Part shown: positions 1 through 9,734 of the stretch, in pieces | Layout: each line of letters begins with the position of its first letter | Position numbering within the stretch: the stretch's first letter is position 1 | NCBI GenBank assembly: GCA_963772455.1 | Contig: CAVYXJ010000007.1 | Span: 320,001-384,000, forward strand | Length of the DNA stretch: 64,000 bases | Reading direction: 5' to 3' | From: Candidatus Bathyarchaeota archaeon | Lineage (GTDB): Archaea; Thermoproteota; Bathyarchaeia; Bathyarchaeales; Bathycorpusculaceae | Notes under the pieces: model-generated | Told to the model about the DNA's origin: nothing | Databases searched by the model: none | What the model saw: the letters and a program-made list of their open reading frames with translations, nothing else | Program-made: the position numbers and the translations under genes

Positions 1-662
1 ACTCCGCACATGCCCATGCCATCAATCATAATTGGCGTTAAAGTCACAATTGTTGGGATATTGTAGGGCTTGGTGATTTCGCTGACGTCTTTCATCAGGA
101 TTACTGGACCCATAACTATGCATCGATCGAACTTTTCGGTCTTTAGCAGTTCTTTGAGAAAATCTAAGCCCTTGTAACCTTTTGTGCCGTCGTCTGTTGC
201 AATATAGACTTTTTCGCTTAGGGCTTTAGCTTCGTTCTCCATCATGATGAACTCTTTGGTACGTGCCCCGAGAACTGTGGTTACTTTGTTACCTGCTTCT
301 TTCATGGCTTTAGCCTGCAATAGAAGTGGTGCAATCATTATGCTTCCGCCCACACACAGGACTTTGCCGAAGTTTTTCACTTCAGATGGGTTTCCAAGTG
401 GACCAGTAACGTTGTCGATGCATTCGCCTTGGTTTAACATTCCTAAGTCTTTGGTGGTTTTGCCGACTTCATGGAAAGCAAATGAAACCGTTCCCTTTGC
501 TGCGTTGTACCCGGAGATTGTTAAGGGAATGCGTTCGCCAGTTTTCCCGTGTATGACAATTAGGAATTGGCCAGCGTGCGATTGAGCGGCAACATCTGGA
601 GCATCAACTTCAAACAGTTTAATTTTCGGAACAAGTTCTTTTTTACTTATTATTTTGTACGT
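1..662 (-). CDS. sudB: NfnA/SudB-like FAD/NAD-binding [2Fe-2S] subunit (sulfide dehydrogenase beta / transhydrogenase small subunit); runs off the left edge and is absent from the ORF track
   Basis: Manual translation gives (T)YKIISKKELVPKIKLFEVDAPDVAAQSHAGQFLIV...GERIPLTI...EVGKTT...GPLGNP...ATDDGTKG...PIMIDGMGMCG. The codon where Met is expected is ACG (662-660). Confidence 0.85.
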
Positions 663-1873
663 TTTGCAGTCGCCTCCACAGCTACTTCACGTTTTGGTAA
701 ATTACATATTTTTTTGTGGAATTCATCGAGTTTTGCCTCGAATTCTCCAGCGCATCTGGGTGATTCCTCATAGAGTTCAAATCGATCGAGCAAACCCAGT
801 TTCTTTAGTGAAACTTGCAGTGCAGCAACGTTGCGCTCTGCTGCATTTCTTCCTTCTTGAAGCTTGCAATCTTTAGCCGAGCAGACAACGCCCATGACAC
901 CGTCGAATCCACAGTTTAATGCATTGATAATGTGTACGGGATCGAGTGATTTGAAGCATGGAACTTCAAGTGCTAAGACGTTTTTGCCTTCGAAAGCTTT
1001 GTTCGGGTTATCAAGAGCTGAGAACTCAGACCATTGGCATACAAATGCGAGCACCGCTGGTCCTTTGTTTTTAGCTGTTAACTGTGCAAGTGATTTGCCG
1101 TATCGATCAATTACATCTTCAAACTCGAAGCCTTTCACCTGTATAGCGTGATGTGGACAAACCAGTTGGCATGCGCCACAGCCGGTGCATTTTTCTTCAT
1201 TCACCTTGGGGGTTCCAAAAGATTCGAATTCGAGTGCACCATATGGGCAAATGAAGATGCATTTGTCGCATCCAACACATGCTTGTACGTCATAAACTGC
1301 TTTGCGAGAGAACTTTACAACCTTAACTGTATTCTCATCATAACCTAACTGTTTTAGAACGTTGCGTGCAAGAACCAGTCTTCGAGTGTTAATTTTTGTG
1401 CCTTCTTTATAGCGACAGAAGGGATCTTCACATTGAATCGAAACAATATTTTTAACGCCAGAGTTTAAGGCTTCAAAAACAAAGTCTGTTGGAACACGAC
1501 CTGCACATGGCAAACGCAACGCCATGTATTTTTCAACTTTCAATCCTTGTTCTTTCAGGATGTCTTGGACTTCCCCTGTGGAAGGCGAGTTTCCTCGGCA
1601 CATCAAGACAAGTGTGTCAACATTTTTGGCTTTAACCTGTGCCTTTTCAAGGAATTCTGTGAGGTTATCATAAGTGTAATATTGCATTTTTATGGCTGCA
1701 GATGGGCAAGCGCTATAGCATATGCCGCAAACTTGGCAATCTTGACTGTTAATTTCAACTTTGCCGGTTGAATCTGCTTTTATAGCTTCGTATGGGCAGA
1801 TTGATTTGCAGACATAACATCGACTGCACAAGTCTTGATCGATTTCGACTACAGCGAGACATTTTTCACTCAT
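650..1873 (-). CDS. Polyferredoxin / MvhD(FlpD) tandem fusion, (2x[4Fe-4S] ferredoxin + MvhD-like [2Fe-2S]) x2
   Basis: Four CxxCxxCxxxCP motifs and two MvhD-like domains (LMCRG...RLPCAGRV...QCEDPFC; FVCQWS...EVPCFKS...VCSAKDC). Confidence 0.85.
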   Translation of the reverse strand: MSEKCLAVVEIDQDLCSRCYVCKSICPYEAIKADSTGKVEINSQDCQVCGICYSACPSAAIKMQYYTYDNLTEFLEKAQVKAKNVDTLVLMCRGNSPSTGEVQDILKEQGLKVEKYMALRLPCAGRVPTDFVFEALNSGVKNIVSIQCEDPFCRYKEGTKINTRRLVLARNVLKQLGYDENTVKVVKFSRKAVYDVQACVGCDKCIFICPYGALEFESFGTPKVNEEKCTGCGACQLVCPHHAIQVKGFEFEDVIDRYGKSLAQLTAKNKGPAVLAFVCQWSEFSALDNPNKAFEGKNVLALEVPCFKSLDPVHIINALNCGFDGVMGVVCSAKDCKLQEGRNAAERNVAALQVSLKKLGLLDRFELYEESPRCAGEFEAKLDEFHKKICNLPKREVAVEATAKRTK

Positions 1874-1978
1874 TTTGAAACCTCTTTTTACGCTTTTGCG
1901 CTGTTACCTTAATGCTTTGCTTGATAGCTTAAGCTAATCGGAAGCGAAAAGTGTTAAGAATATTATAATCCTTTCTCT

Positions 1979-2911
1979 TTATTTTTTGTAATACGGTCGT
2001 CTAATGTAACTATAGGCTTCCAACGCGGCAGTGATGCCTTGTCCTACAGCTGTTCCCACTTGCTTGATTGGGTGATTAGTTACATCGCCAGCTGCAAAAA
2101 CTCCCGGAAGATTTGTATGTTGATGAATATCGATTTTGATATAACCGTGCTCGTCCGTTTCGACACCGCTGGCTTTGGCGATTTGACTATTAGGTGCTTC
2201 ACCGACCTGCACAAAAACCGCATCAACTACTAATTCACTTGTTTGCTTGGTAACGTTATCGATTATAGTTACGGTTCTTACTTGTTTATCCCCTTTAATT
2301 TCTTGAATCTCGGAGTTCCAAAGTGTTGTTACATTGCCCTTAGCTGCTATATCAGTCACCAACGATTCTTCTGCCCTGAAAGCTCCCCGTCTATGAATCA
2401 CAGTGACTTGTCCAGCAAGACCTGAAAGATAAAGTGTAGTAATGCAAGCCGAGTTTCCACCACCGACTACAAGCACTTTTTTTCCCTTAAAAAATGGCCC
2501 GTCGCATACACCACAATAGCTCACCCCTCTTCCGCGGAACTCTTTTTCGCCTTTAACCCCAACTTCCTTGTAATGTGAACCCATCGAAAAAATTATTGCA
2601 CTAGCTTCATAGGATGCATTTGAAGTTTTTACAATTTTCTTTTCGCCAGTAAGATCCAATTCGGTAACGGGCTCTAATTCGTGAATGACTGCGCCGACTT
2701 TTTTGCAGTGATTAGTCATTTTTTCTGCAAGCTCTCCACCGCTTATCTCCGCGAACCCAGGGTAATTAACCACAATTGAGGCATCTGAGATTGTGCCGCC
2801 TGGTAATTTTTCATCTAAAATTAATGTTTTTAATCCGCTACGAACTGTATATATTCCAGCTGATAAGCCAGCGGAGCCTGCACCAATAATTATGACATCC
2901 CAGTTCTCCAT
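1979..2911 (-). CDS. trxB: Thioredoxin-disulfide reductase
   Basis: GAGSAG FAD motif, GVSYCGVCDG redox CxxC, VGGGNSA, FAAGDV. Confidence 0.93.
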   Translation of the reverse strand: MENWDVIIIGAGSAGLSAGIYTVRSGLKTLILDEKLPGGTISDASIVVNYPGFAEISGGELAEKMTNHCKKVGAVIHELEPVTELDLTGEKKIVKTSNASYEASAIIFSMGSHYKEVGVKGEKEFRGRGVSYCGVCDGPFFKGKKVLVVGGGNSACITTLYLSGLAGQVTVIHRRGAFRAEESLVTDIAAKGNVTTLWNSEIQEIKGDKQVRTVTIIDNVTKQTSELVVDAVFVQVGEAPNSQIAKASGVETDEHGYIKIDIHQHTNLPGVFAAGDVTNHPIKQVGTAVGQGITAALEAYSYIRRPYYKK

Positions 2912-3272
2912 AAATAAGTCATCTCTTTATGGTGAATAGTTGGCGAAGAAGTTTATGAATTGTTCGTCTACTTTGGTCAGTTATTTCAAAATGGCTATAA
3001 TGTTTTCTAGTAAGACCATCTTATTAGAAGTTGCAACTGATCTTTTCCAACTACTTTTCAAAAACTGTGGAAATAACCCCGATTAAAAAAAACCAGCTTA
3101 AATCAACAAAACAAAAGAGTTGTTGTTGCTGCTGTTGCAACTCACTCCCAGCACAGCAGTTGCAACAATCACTCCAACAAAATATTCGAACTTAGATATG
3201 CCTCTTAATTCCAATAAGCTGATAAGCCCGAAATCAATTAAATTTCTAACAAGTATTTTTGAAGGGTTTGTT

Positions 3273-5033
3273 ATGGCGAAATATAGGTGTACGGTTTGCA
3301 ATTGGGTTTATGATGATGCTAAAGAAAAAGTAAAGTTTACTGATTTGCCCAAAGAATGGGTTTGCCCAGTTTGTGGAGCACCCAAATCCGCATTTGTGCT
3401 ATTAGCTGAGGGGCATGAAGAAGAGAAAAAAGCTGATCACACAGTTTCCGACGTGTTGATTAACCAGATTGCTGAGTGGGGGGTACAATACGTTTTCGGC
3501 ATTCCTGGAACCTCTACACTGGGTATTGTAGATGCAATTCGCAAAAGTAATGGCAAAATAAAGTATGTGCAGGTTCGCCATGAAGAAACAGCGGCTTTTA
3601 TGGCGTCAGCTTACGGCAAATTAACTGGGCATGTAGCAGCTTGCCTTGGCATTTCTGGTCCAGGCGCAACTAACCTAGTAACTGGCTTGTATGATGCACA
3701 ACTGGATCATTCACCTGTTTTAGCGTTGACAGGCATGGTTCCCCGCAAACTCATGGGTCAAGGTGCAATACAGGAGATTGACCAACAGGCATTCTTTGAA
3801 CCCTTGACCGTTTATAACAAGACCTTGATGACCGAAGACCAAACCACCTCCTTGGCTACGTTGGCGATTAAGCATGCTCTACTGAATCAGGGTGTAGCGC
3901 ACATTGGAATTCCCAACGACGTACAAAAACTGCCATACGAAACGGAGATTTTACCTTTTGAAGGCAGGATGCCCAACATGGCCTATGGACAAGAAGACGG
4001 AATAATTGAGAAAGCAGCAAAAGTTGTTGATTCCGCCAGCAGACCCGTGATTCTAGCTGGTTTTGGAGCAAGAGGACAAGGCACTAAACTTTTGAAATTG
4101 GCATCGAAGATTGGTGCACCAATTATAGCGACTTTCCGAGCAAAAGGAGTCGTGGACGAAAATGAACCACTTTATGTTGGATGCCACGGTGGAGTTGGTT
4201 CAACGTCTGCAGGAGCCCTTATGGAGGAAGCAGATTTGCTAATAGCAATTGGTTCTTCATTTGCAGATTTATCGCAGATTCCCAAGAAACGCACCGTACA
4301 GATTGACATTAACCCACTTATGATTGCACGTCGGTACCCAGTTGAAGTGAGTTTACTTGGCAACAGCGCCGTGTTGATTCCTAAGTTGACAGAGAAAGTT
4401 CAACAGAAAACAAACGAGAAATATTTGGCTGAAGTTACTCGATTAAAGCAGGAGTGGCAAATTCAACTTGAAAAAGAAGCCGACGCAACAATGAAACCAA
4501 TCAGACCCCAGTACATCATCAAAGTACTTAACGAAAAAATTGCGGATAACGCTGTGATTTCATTGGACGTTGGTGAGAACTGCTGGTGGTTTGGCAGAAA
4601 CTTTAGAATGAAGAAGTCTCAGAAGATGGTTATGAGCGGTACTTTGGCAACTATGGGTTTTGGTTTACCTGGAGCTTTAGCAGCGGCGCTAGCTTATCCT
4701 GAGAGACAGATAGTCTGTTTAACTGGCGACGGCGGCTTAACGATGGTTCTGGGCGATTTCTTAACAGCACTCAAGTACAATTTGCCCGTAAAAGTGTTCG
4801 TCATAAACAACAAGCGACTGGGCATGATCATGCAAGAGCAAAAAGTTGAGGGATACGAGAGCTCACAAACTGATCTCTTCGATTACAGTTTCGCCGACTT
4901 CGCCGAACATGCAGGTGGCGTGGGCATCAAAGTTACTGATCCAAGCCAGCTTGAAGCAGCAGTTGACAAAGCACTCAAAGCCACCAAACCTACAATAGTA
5001 GACATAGACACTGACCCAAGAAGATTCTTCTAA
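3273..5033 (+). CDS. Rubredoxin-fused thiamine-diphosphate enzyme (pyruvate oxidase/acetolactate synthase family)
   Basis: Likely start ATG 3273 (MAKYRCTVC...WVCPVCG, rubredoxin). Then [22 protein letters not shown] and the ThDP motif GDGG-x-NN. Confidence 0.88.
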   Translation: MAKYRCTVCNWVYDDAKEKVKFTDLPKEWVCPVCGAPKSAFVLLAEGHEEEKKADHTVSDVLINQIAEWGVQYVFGIPGTSTLGIVDAIRKSNGKIKYVQVRHEETAAFMASAYGKLTGHVAACLGISGPGATNLVTGLYDAQLDHSPVLALTGMVPRKLMGQGAIQEIDQQAFFEPLTVYNKTLMTEDQTTSLATLAIKHALLNQGVAHIGIPNDVQKLPYETEILPFEGRMPNMAYGQEDGIIEKAAKVVDSASRPVILAGFGARGQGTKLLKLASKIGAPIIATFRAKGVVDENEPLYVGCHGGVGSTSAGALMEEADLLIAIGSSFADLSQIPKKRTVQIDINPLMIARRYPVEVSLLGNSAVLIPKLTEKVQQKTNEKYLAEVTRLKQEWQIQLEKEADATMKPIRPQYIIKVLNEKIADNAVISLDVGENCWWFGRNFRMKKSQKMVMSGTLATMGFGLPGALAAALAYPERQIVCLTGDGGLTMVLGDFLTALKYNLPVKVFVINNKRLGMIMQEQKVEGYESSQTDLFDYSFADFAEHAGGVGIKVTDPSQLEAAVDKALKATKPTIVDIDTDPRRFF

Positions 5034-5084
5034 ACATGTTACTCTCTTAGGGACATACCCGCACTATTGGAACCTCAAAGAAAG

Positions 5085-5333
5085 TTACTTTATAGTTTTT
5101 AGTGCTTTTTCAGCTGTGGATACGCTAAAGAGTAAATCATCAATGGTTGCGGTGAAGGTAGCAAGTTTACCATCACATTCAATTTGTGTGATTACTCTGT
5201 TGGAAGCCCTTTCTGTTTTAACCTGCAACCCAATCGGGGTTTTGAAGTTGTCAGGTGAAACCGCTTGTGCAATAGCTTTTGCAGTTTTTTCGTCTTTGTA
5301 CTCAAGCGTTATTGTGGCTTGCAAGCTTCTCAC
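5085..5333 (-). CDS. pcc1: KEOPS complex subunit Pcc1
   Basis: AIAQAVSPDN...TFTATIDDLL pattern; expected position after rps15-recJ. Confidence 0.85.
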   Translation of the reverse strand: MRSLQATITLEYKDEKTAKAIAQAVSPDNFKTPIGLQVKTERASNRVITQIECDGKLATFTATIDDLLFSVSTAEKALKTIK

Positions 5334-6771
5334 CTTTAAGTTGCCGACCGACTAATTCATCCGCGGTCTTAATGAACGACTCAAGTTTATCTAAAGGCAC
5401 TTGAGCCCCTGCAGCGATGTTGTGTCCTCCGCCCTTACCGCCGTGCTCTTCTGAAGCCAAACGCATAACATCACCAAGGTTGACTCCTTTGCGAAGTGCT
5501 GCTTCAGTGGTTCTTCCAGAAAACTTTGCTGCCTTTTCAGCCTCAATGTTAGCGAATGCTAAAAGCGGTTTTTCGTTATTAACAAGACTCGAAACTACTA
5601 TTGAAGAGACTGTGCCAATGATTTTTTCGTTGATAAAGTCCTCACCATAGATAACATAAATGTTTTTGAATTCTCGCATTCGTTCGGGTTTTTCATTCAC
5701 CCAACTGAGATATTTATTGATACTTTTGCGGTAATCTTCCAAGATTTTGTTGGATTCTTCAAGAGCAGCTTTACGATCGCCCATGCAGATGGCTATTCCC
5801 AAGCTTGGTCTATCCATTCGACCAGCCGAATTCAAAACCACAGCGAATTCGCGTGCATCCCTAAGTGCTGTGTTAGGCTCTTCTTTGGTTAAAATGTAAA
5901 CGTAACCGATAAGGTTCTCAACTTCCAAATGCAACCCCTTCGACAACAAGTAATCAGCTAAAGCAGAGCACAATTTCTTCCGCTCATTGTCATCTAAATC
6001 GCATAAAGCACGTAATCTATCGCCCTGTTTTAGTGGAAAACCCAAATTTGCTACAAAATTCAAAGCATCGGTTTCTTGACCACTTAACCCGGGAATGAAC
6101 GGATTGGTAGTGTTTGCCAACATCTTGTAGATCGGTCGAGTTTCACGACCAAAGAAAGTCAAGTCTTTCTCAACTTTCAACAAACCAGAAGAGACACCAT
6201 CGTTAACTATTATTTCGTTCAAGCTTCGCAGACTTCGCTGTTCATATTTGTCCTGCATGTCACCTAATGCACCAACTAATGCTATAGACGCCAAATCTAT
6301 GTTCGCAGCGTTCACTGCTTTAGCTGCAAAATACGCCACTCCTGAACCACTAACATCGGTTGCTCCATCAATACCAAAAAGGTGAGGGTTAACCTGCACG
6401 AAATTTGGGTTAACTACCTTAGATGTTGTTTGGTGATGGTCGAGAATTACTACTTTTACGTTGGGGATTTTCTCGTTTAACAAGTCAAGATAGCCGCTTC
6501 CAAAATCAGTTAAAATCACTAGTTGAGGTTTATCAGATATAACTTCCCCGATGATTTTGTCATCTACCCACTGCATCACCCGAATACGAAAACGAGCATC
6601 GAGCCGAGTGAGCATCTTACCCATAATGCCTGCGGCTGCAACCCCATCGGCATCTAAATGTGAAAAAACCAAAATAAAACCATCTTTCTTGACAGTTTCT
6701 AGAATTACTTTTGCAGCTTCGTTTTCTGAAGCCAAGAAACCTTCGATGTTTTGGTCTGCAGCCATACCCAA
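5302..6771 (-). CDS. DHH/DHHA1 phosphoesterase, RecJ/Cdc45-like nuclease
   Basis: SHLDADG, TDFG, LDHH, GALGD and GGGH motifs. Confidence 0.9.
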   Translation of the reverse strand: MGMAADQNIEGFLASENEAAKVILETVKKDGFILVFSHLDADGVAAAGIMGKMLTRLDARFRIRVMQWVDDKIIGEVISDKPQLVILTDFGSGYLDLLNEKIPNVKVVILDHHQTTSKVVNPNFVQVNPHLFGIDGATDVSGSGVAYFAAKAVNAANIDLASIALVGALGDMQDKYEQRSLRSLNEIIVNDGVSSGLLKVEKDLTFFGRETRPIYKMLANTTNPFIPGLSGQETDALNFVANLGFPLKQGDRLRALCDLDDNERKKLCSALADYLLSKGLHLEVENLIGYVYILTKEEPNTALRDAREFAVVLNSAGRMDRPSLGIAICMGDRKAALEESNKILEDYRKSINKYLSWVNEKPERMREFKNIYVIYGEDFINEKIIGTVSSIVVSSLVNNEKPLLAFANIEAEKAAKFSGRTTEAALRKGVNLGDVMRLASEEHGGKGGGHNIAAGAQVPLDKLESFIKTADELVGRQLKGEKLASHNNA

Positions 6772-6859
6772 TCACTTGTTCGGGCTAAAAGGCGCTGATT
6801 AGATTTAAAGCTGGCGCATTAAGAAACAATAAAACTAAAAATTAAAGAAAGAAAAGTAT

Positions 6860-7300
6860 TTAGGTTACTGAAGCGATTTTTGGAACGTACTTCCATTTCT
6901 TGTCCAATACGCCTTCGCGTTTGTAATAGCGGCTGAGCTTGTGGATTTGGGCTTCGATGATTTGCATGTTTCGTTTGTTATGGAGGTCTTTCTTGTTTTT
7001 GTCCATGTGAACGGCTAGGCTTTGAGCTTTTTTCATCAGGTTTCCAAGGTCTTCAGGCAGTGTTGGAGCTAAGTTCGCGGCTTTAAGTGTGTCGCTTATG
7101 CTCTTGCCCGTGATTGGCTTTACTAATGGAATGGCATATTGATCTCTTAGGATAGTGCCTATGGCACTCATTGAATGGCCTTCTTTAGCCAATTTAATTA
7201 TGAATGAATCAACTTCTTCAGGTTGATATTTGCACCAGCTTGGAGGACGCCTGCTAACTGGGCGCATCGAATGTGATTTACCTTTTTCTTGCTTTGGCAT
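6860..7300 (-). CDS. rps15: 30S ribosomal protein S15 (uS15, archaeal S15/S13e)
   Basis: GKSHSMRP...IGTILRDQYAIP...PEDL...KKDLHNKR...IHKLSRYYK. Confidence 0.95.
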   Translation of the reverse strand: MPKQEKGKSHSMRPVSRRPPSWCKYQPEEVDSFIIKLAKEGHSMSAIGTILRDQYAIPLVKPITGKSISDTLKAANLAPTLPEDLGNLMKKAQSLAVHMDKNKKDLHNKRNMQIIEAQIHKLSRYYKREGVLDKKWKYVPKIASVT

Positions 7301-7421
7301 TGTTACACCTTAAACTGCACCCATAACCACACCCCACGAATATTTAAAAGTAGCTCCAACCGCAGGCAGAACATCTAAGTACAATAAGACCTACCAAGAA
7401 GAAACACAGAGAAGAAAAGGC

Positions 7422-7883
7422 ATGAAAAGAAATAGATCAGAAGCGGACTCTAACAGCGACATTGACGAATTTATTCGTCTTGCTCAAAGATGGAGCAACC
7501 TTCACCAAAGATTACTAAATACACTGATTAGATTACCCGAAGAAGTTTATCAATTTACGTTACAGAAAATTTCTTTCCATGCTGGTCAAAGTCAAACAAT
7601 TCAGATTAAAAAAATGACGAAACCCTTCATGATTATTTTAAAGCGAACAGATTCAGAATCGTTAATTGCTCATGAAATAGCTCACGCCTATCTTAGCTAT
7701 ACACAAAACAGATGGGAAGAACAAGAGGAACAAGCAGATGAGCTACGAAAGAAATGGGGGTTTAAAAAGAAACAACTATGCTCAACTTACCCAAAAGGAT
7801 GCAACAACTGCTATAATCCTCATTGCCCTGAAAGCAAAGCAAGGAAAAACTCAAGTTTTGATTTTCATCTGCAGAAGAAATAA
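7422..7883 (+). CDS. Hypothetical zincin-like protein (HExxH) with a Cys-rich tail
   Basis: LIAHEIAHAYL...EEQADEL..KWGF, then CSTYPKGCNNCYNPHC. Confidence 0.6.
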   Translation: MKRNRSEADSNSDIDEFIRLAQRWSNLHQRLLNTLIRLPEEVYQFTLQKISFHAGQSQTIQIKKMTKPFMIILKRTDSESLIAHEIAHAYLSYTQNRWEEQEEQADELRKKWGFKKKQLCSTYPKGCNNCYNPHCPESKARKNSSFDFHLQKK

Positions 7884-7893
7884 TCGTCTTCGT

Positions 7894-8401
7894 TTATCTC
7901 ATTAATGCCTTTTTCAAAAAATAAACGAAGAACCTTGCAACCAGGGATATACCGATAATTATTATTAACGCTGACCAGAACTGGAACCAACCGCTTTGCG
8001 TTCCAGCGTAACAGGAAAATGTTTGCTATAACTGCGGCGCCCAGCCAGAATATCGAGTCGCCAACACTTTGAGCTATCCGATTAATCCTCGAATGCACCG
8101 CCAATCTGAGGACTAAGATTAAGATCTGCAGAACACCAACACCTATTAGAAAATTCATCACAGCTGTATAGAATCCTTGATGGTCGGCTGGATGTGAAGG
8201 AGCAAGAAAACTCACAGTTGAACCTGGATTGCCAAACGGAAACGCTACGGTTGTTAGGTCTGAGAAGAAATTGTTTGTCTGCTGGGATATACCAGGTGTA
8301 ATAGCAAAAACTAAGCCTAATATTATGAAGAATCCACCAATGGATAATGCAGTGATTAAACCCTCATGAAGAGACTTTTCATAAACGGCATTTCTCGTCA
8401 T
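7894..8401 (-). CDS. Hypothetical multi-pass membrane protein (apparent +1 frameshift near 8008)
   Basis: Hydrophobic helices from ATG 8401. The shifted frame continues AGTQSGWFQFWSALIIIIGISLVARFF to TAA at 7894. Confidence 0.7.
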
Positions 8402-8473
8402 TTGTTCACTCTTCTCAACAATTCCCCTATAATGGAGATAGCAATATAACATTTTGTTTTAACTCAATTTAAT

Positions 8474-9088
8474 TTAGGTCGGCTTATTCATGTACCATTC
8501 CGCAAATTTCCGAATCGCCATAGCTCTATGCGAATAAAGATTTTTTTCACCGATCGCCATTTCTGCAAATGTTTTTTTGTTTCCATTTGGTTGGAAGATA
8601 GGATCAAACCCGAACCCCGATTTGCCTTGTTCTTTTCGTTCAGCCAATGTTATTTCACCATTTACTACGCCTTCAAAGAATATTGGTTCGCAGATAGTTT
8701 CTTGGTCGCAATAAGCAATGACTGACAGAAACTTTGCATCACGTTCTTTTGAACCATTCATCAATTTCAAGATACCACTATTATGGATTGTTTTGTAAAC
8801 ATACGCTGCGTACGGACCAGGAAAACCACTCAACCCATCAATAAATAAGCCTGCATCCTCAACAAAAATAGGCAACTCACACCGCTTGAACGCGTTGATG
8901 ACACTCTTTTGGGCAATCTCTCTCAGACTATCGCTCTGTATTTCGTCACCTTTTAATTTCAACATACCAACTGAGATGCCGTATTGACGAAGGATGCTGC
9001 GAACCTCGTTGAACTTATTGATGTTGCCAGTTGCAAAAAAGACAACTCTTCCTTTAAATGGAAAGTTATTGTTTTCGTTCCTCGACAT
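8474..9088 (-). CDS. rdgB: XTP/dITP diphosphatase (Ham1/RdgB)
   Basis: FATGNINK, VEDAGL, GFPGPY, GFGFDPIF and SHR motifs. Confidence 0.93.
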   Translation of the reverse strand: MSRNENNNFPFKGRVVFFATGNINKFNEVRSILRQYGISVGMLKLKGDEIQSDSLREIAQKSVINAFKRCELPIFVEDAGLFIDGLSGFPGPYAAYVYKTIHNSGILKLMNGSKERDAKFLSVIAYCDQETICEPIFFEGVVNGEITLAERKEQGKSGFGFDPIFQPNGNKKTFAEMAIGEKNLYSHRAMAIRKFAEWYMNKPT

Positions 9089-9734
9089 AGCGCCCACGCC
9101 TCTCTATTTCCCTGATTTTCTCATAAACCTTTTCCGCCGCCTCAACACCTAAAACTGAGGTGTAGCCGCATAGAACACTTTGAAAACATTCTTCCCAGAA
9201 CTTGAAGTGTGTGCTCTGGAGAGCACGTTTGAGTAAATGCAAATCCACTCCCTGAGCTTCTATCTCATCATTCTTTTCGCCTAAGCCAAAGTCAATAAAA
9301 ACTACTTTTCCGTCAAGGTTCAAAATCATATTAGATGTTGTTAAGTCGCCATGGACTAAACCATACCTATGCAGCTTCGCCGTGGATTCTCCAATTTGAA
9401 CACAAAGCTCATGACGTTTAGGTTTGCTAGAGATGTTAAGCAACTTCTTGATTTGTTGTCCCTCCACATACTCCATAATAATGGTAGCTTGCGGAACGTT
9501 AACCATGAAAATCAACGGGGTCAACACTCCAGCGACTTTAGCTTCATGTATTAATTGCGGTTCGTGTACAGTGCGATAACTTCTTATTTGCTCATCTAAC
9601 GCTTGAGGACGGTATTTTTTGGGCACACGCACTTTGATTATAACTTTACGGCCTTGCCAATTGGTTAGAAAAAGACTGGCTTCAGCACCCTTCTTGAGAA
9701 GCTTTGTTTCATCAATCTTATCTATTGTATCCAT
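9066..9734 (-). CDS. bud32: KEOPS kinase/ATPase Bud32
   Basis: KGAEA, KKYR, HGDLTTSN, IDFGL, C-terminal RGRY. Confidence 0.93.
   Translation of the reverse strand: MDTIDKIDETKLLKKGAEASLFLTNWQGRKVIIKVRVPKKYRPQALDEQIRSYRTVHEPQLIHEAKVAGVLTPLIFMVNVPQATIIMEYVEGQQIKKLLNISSKPKRHELCVQIGESTAKLHRYGLVHGDLTTSNMILNLDGKVVFIDFGLGEKNDEIEAQGVDLHLLKRALQSTHFKFWEECFQSVLCGYTSVLGVEAAEKVYEKIREIERRGRYVEERKQ

Noticed and set aside
3120-3272. Hydrophobic N-terminal extension or signal peptide on the rubredoxin-POX ORF
   Set aside because: It arises from low-complexity TTG/CTG sequence; rubredoxin homology starts at ATG 3273.
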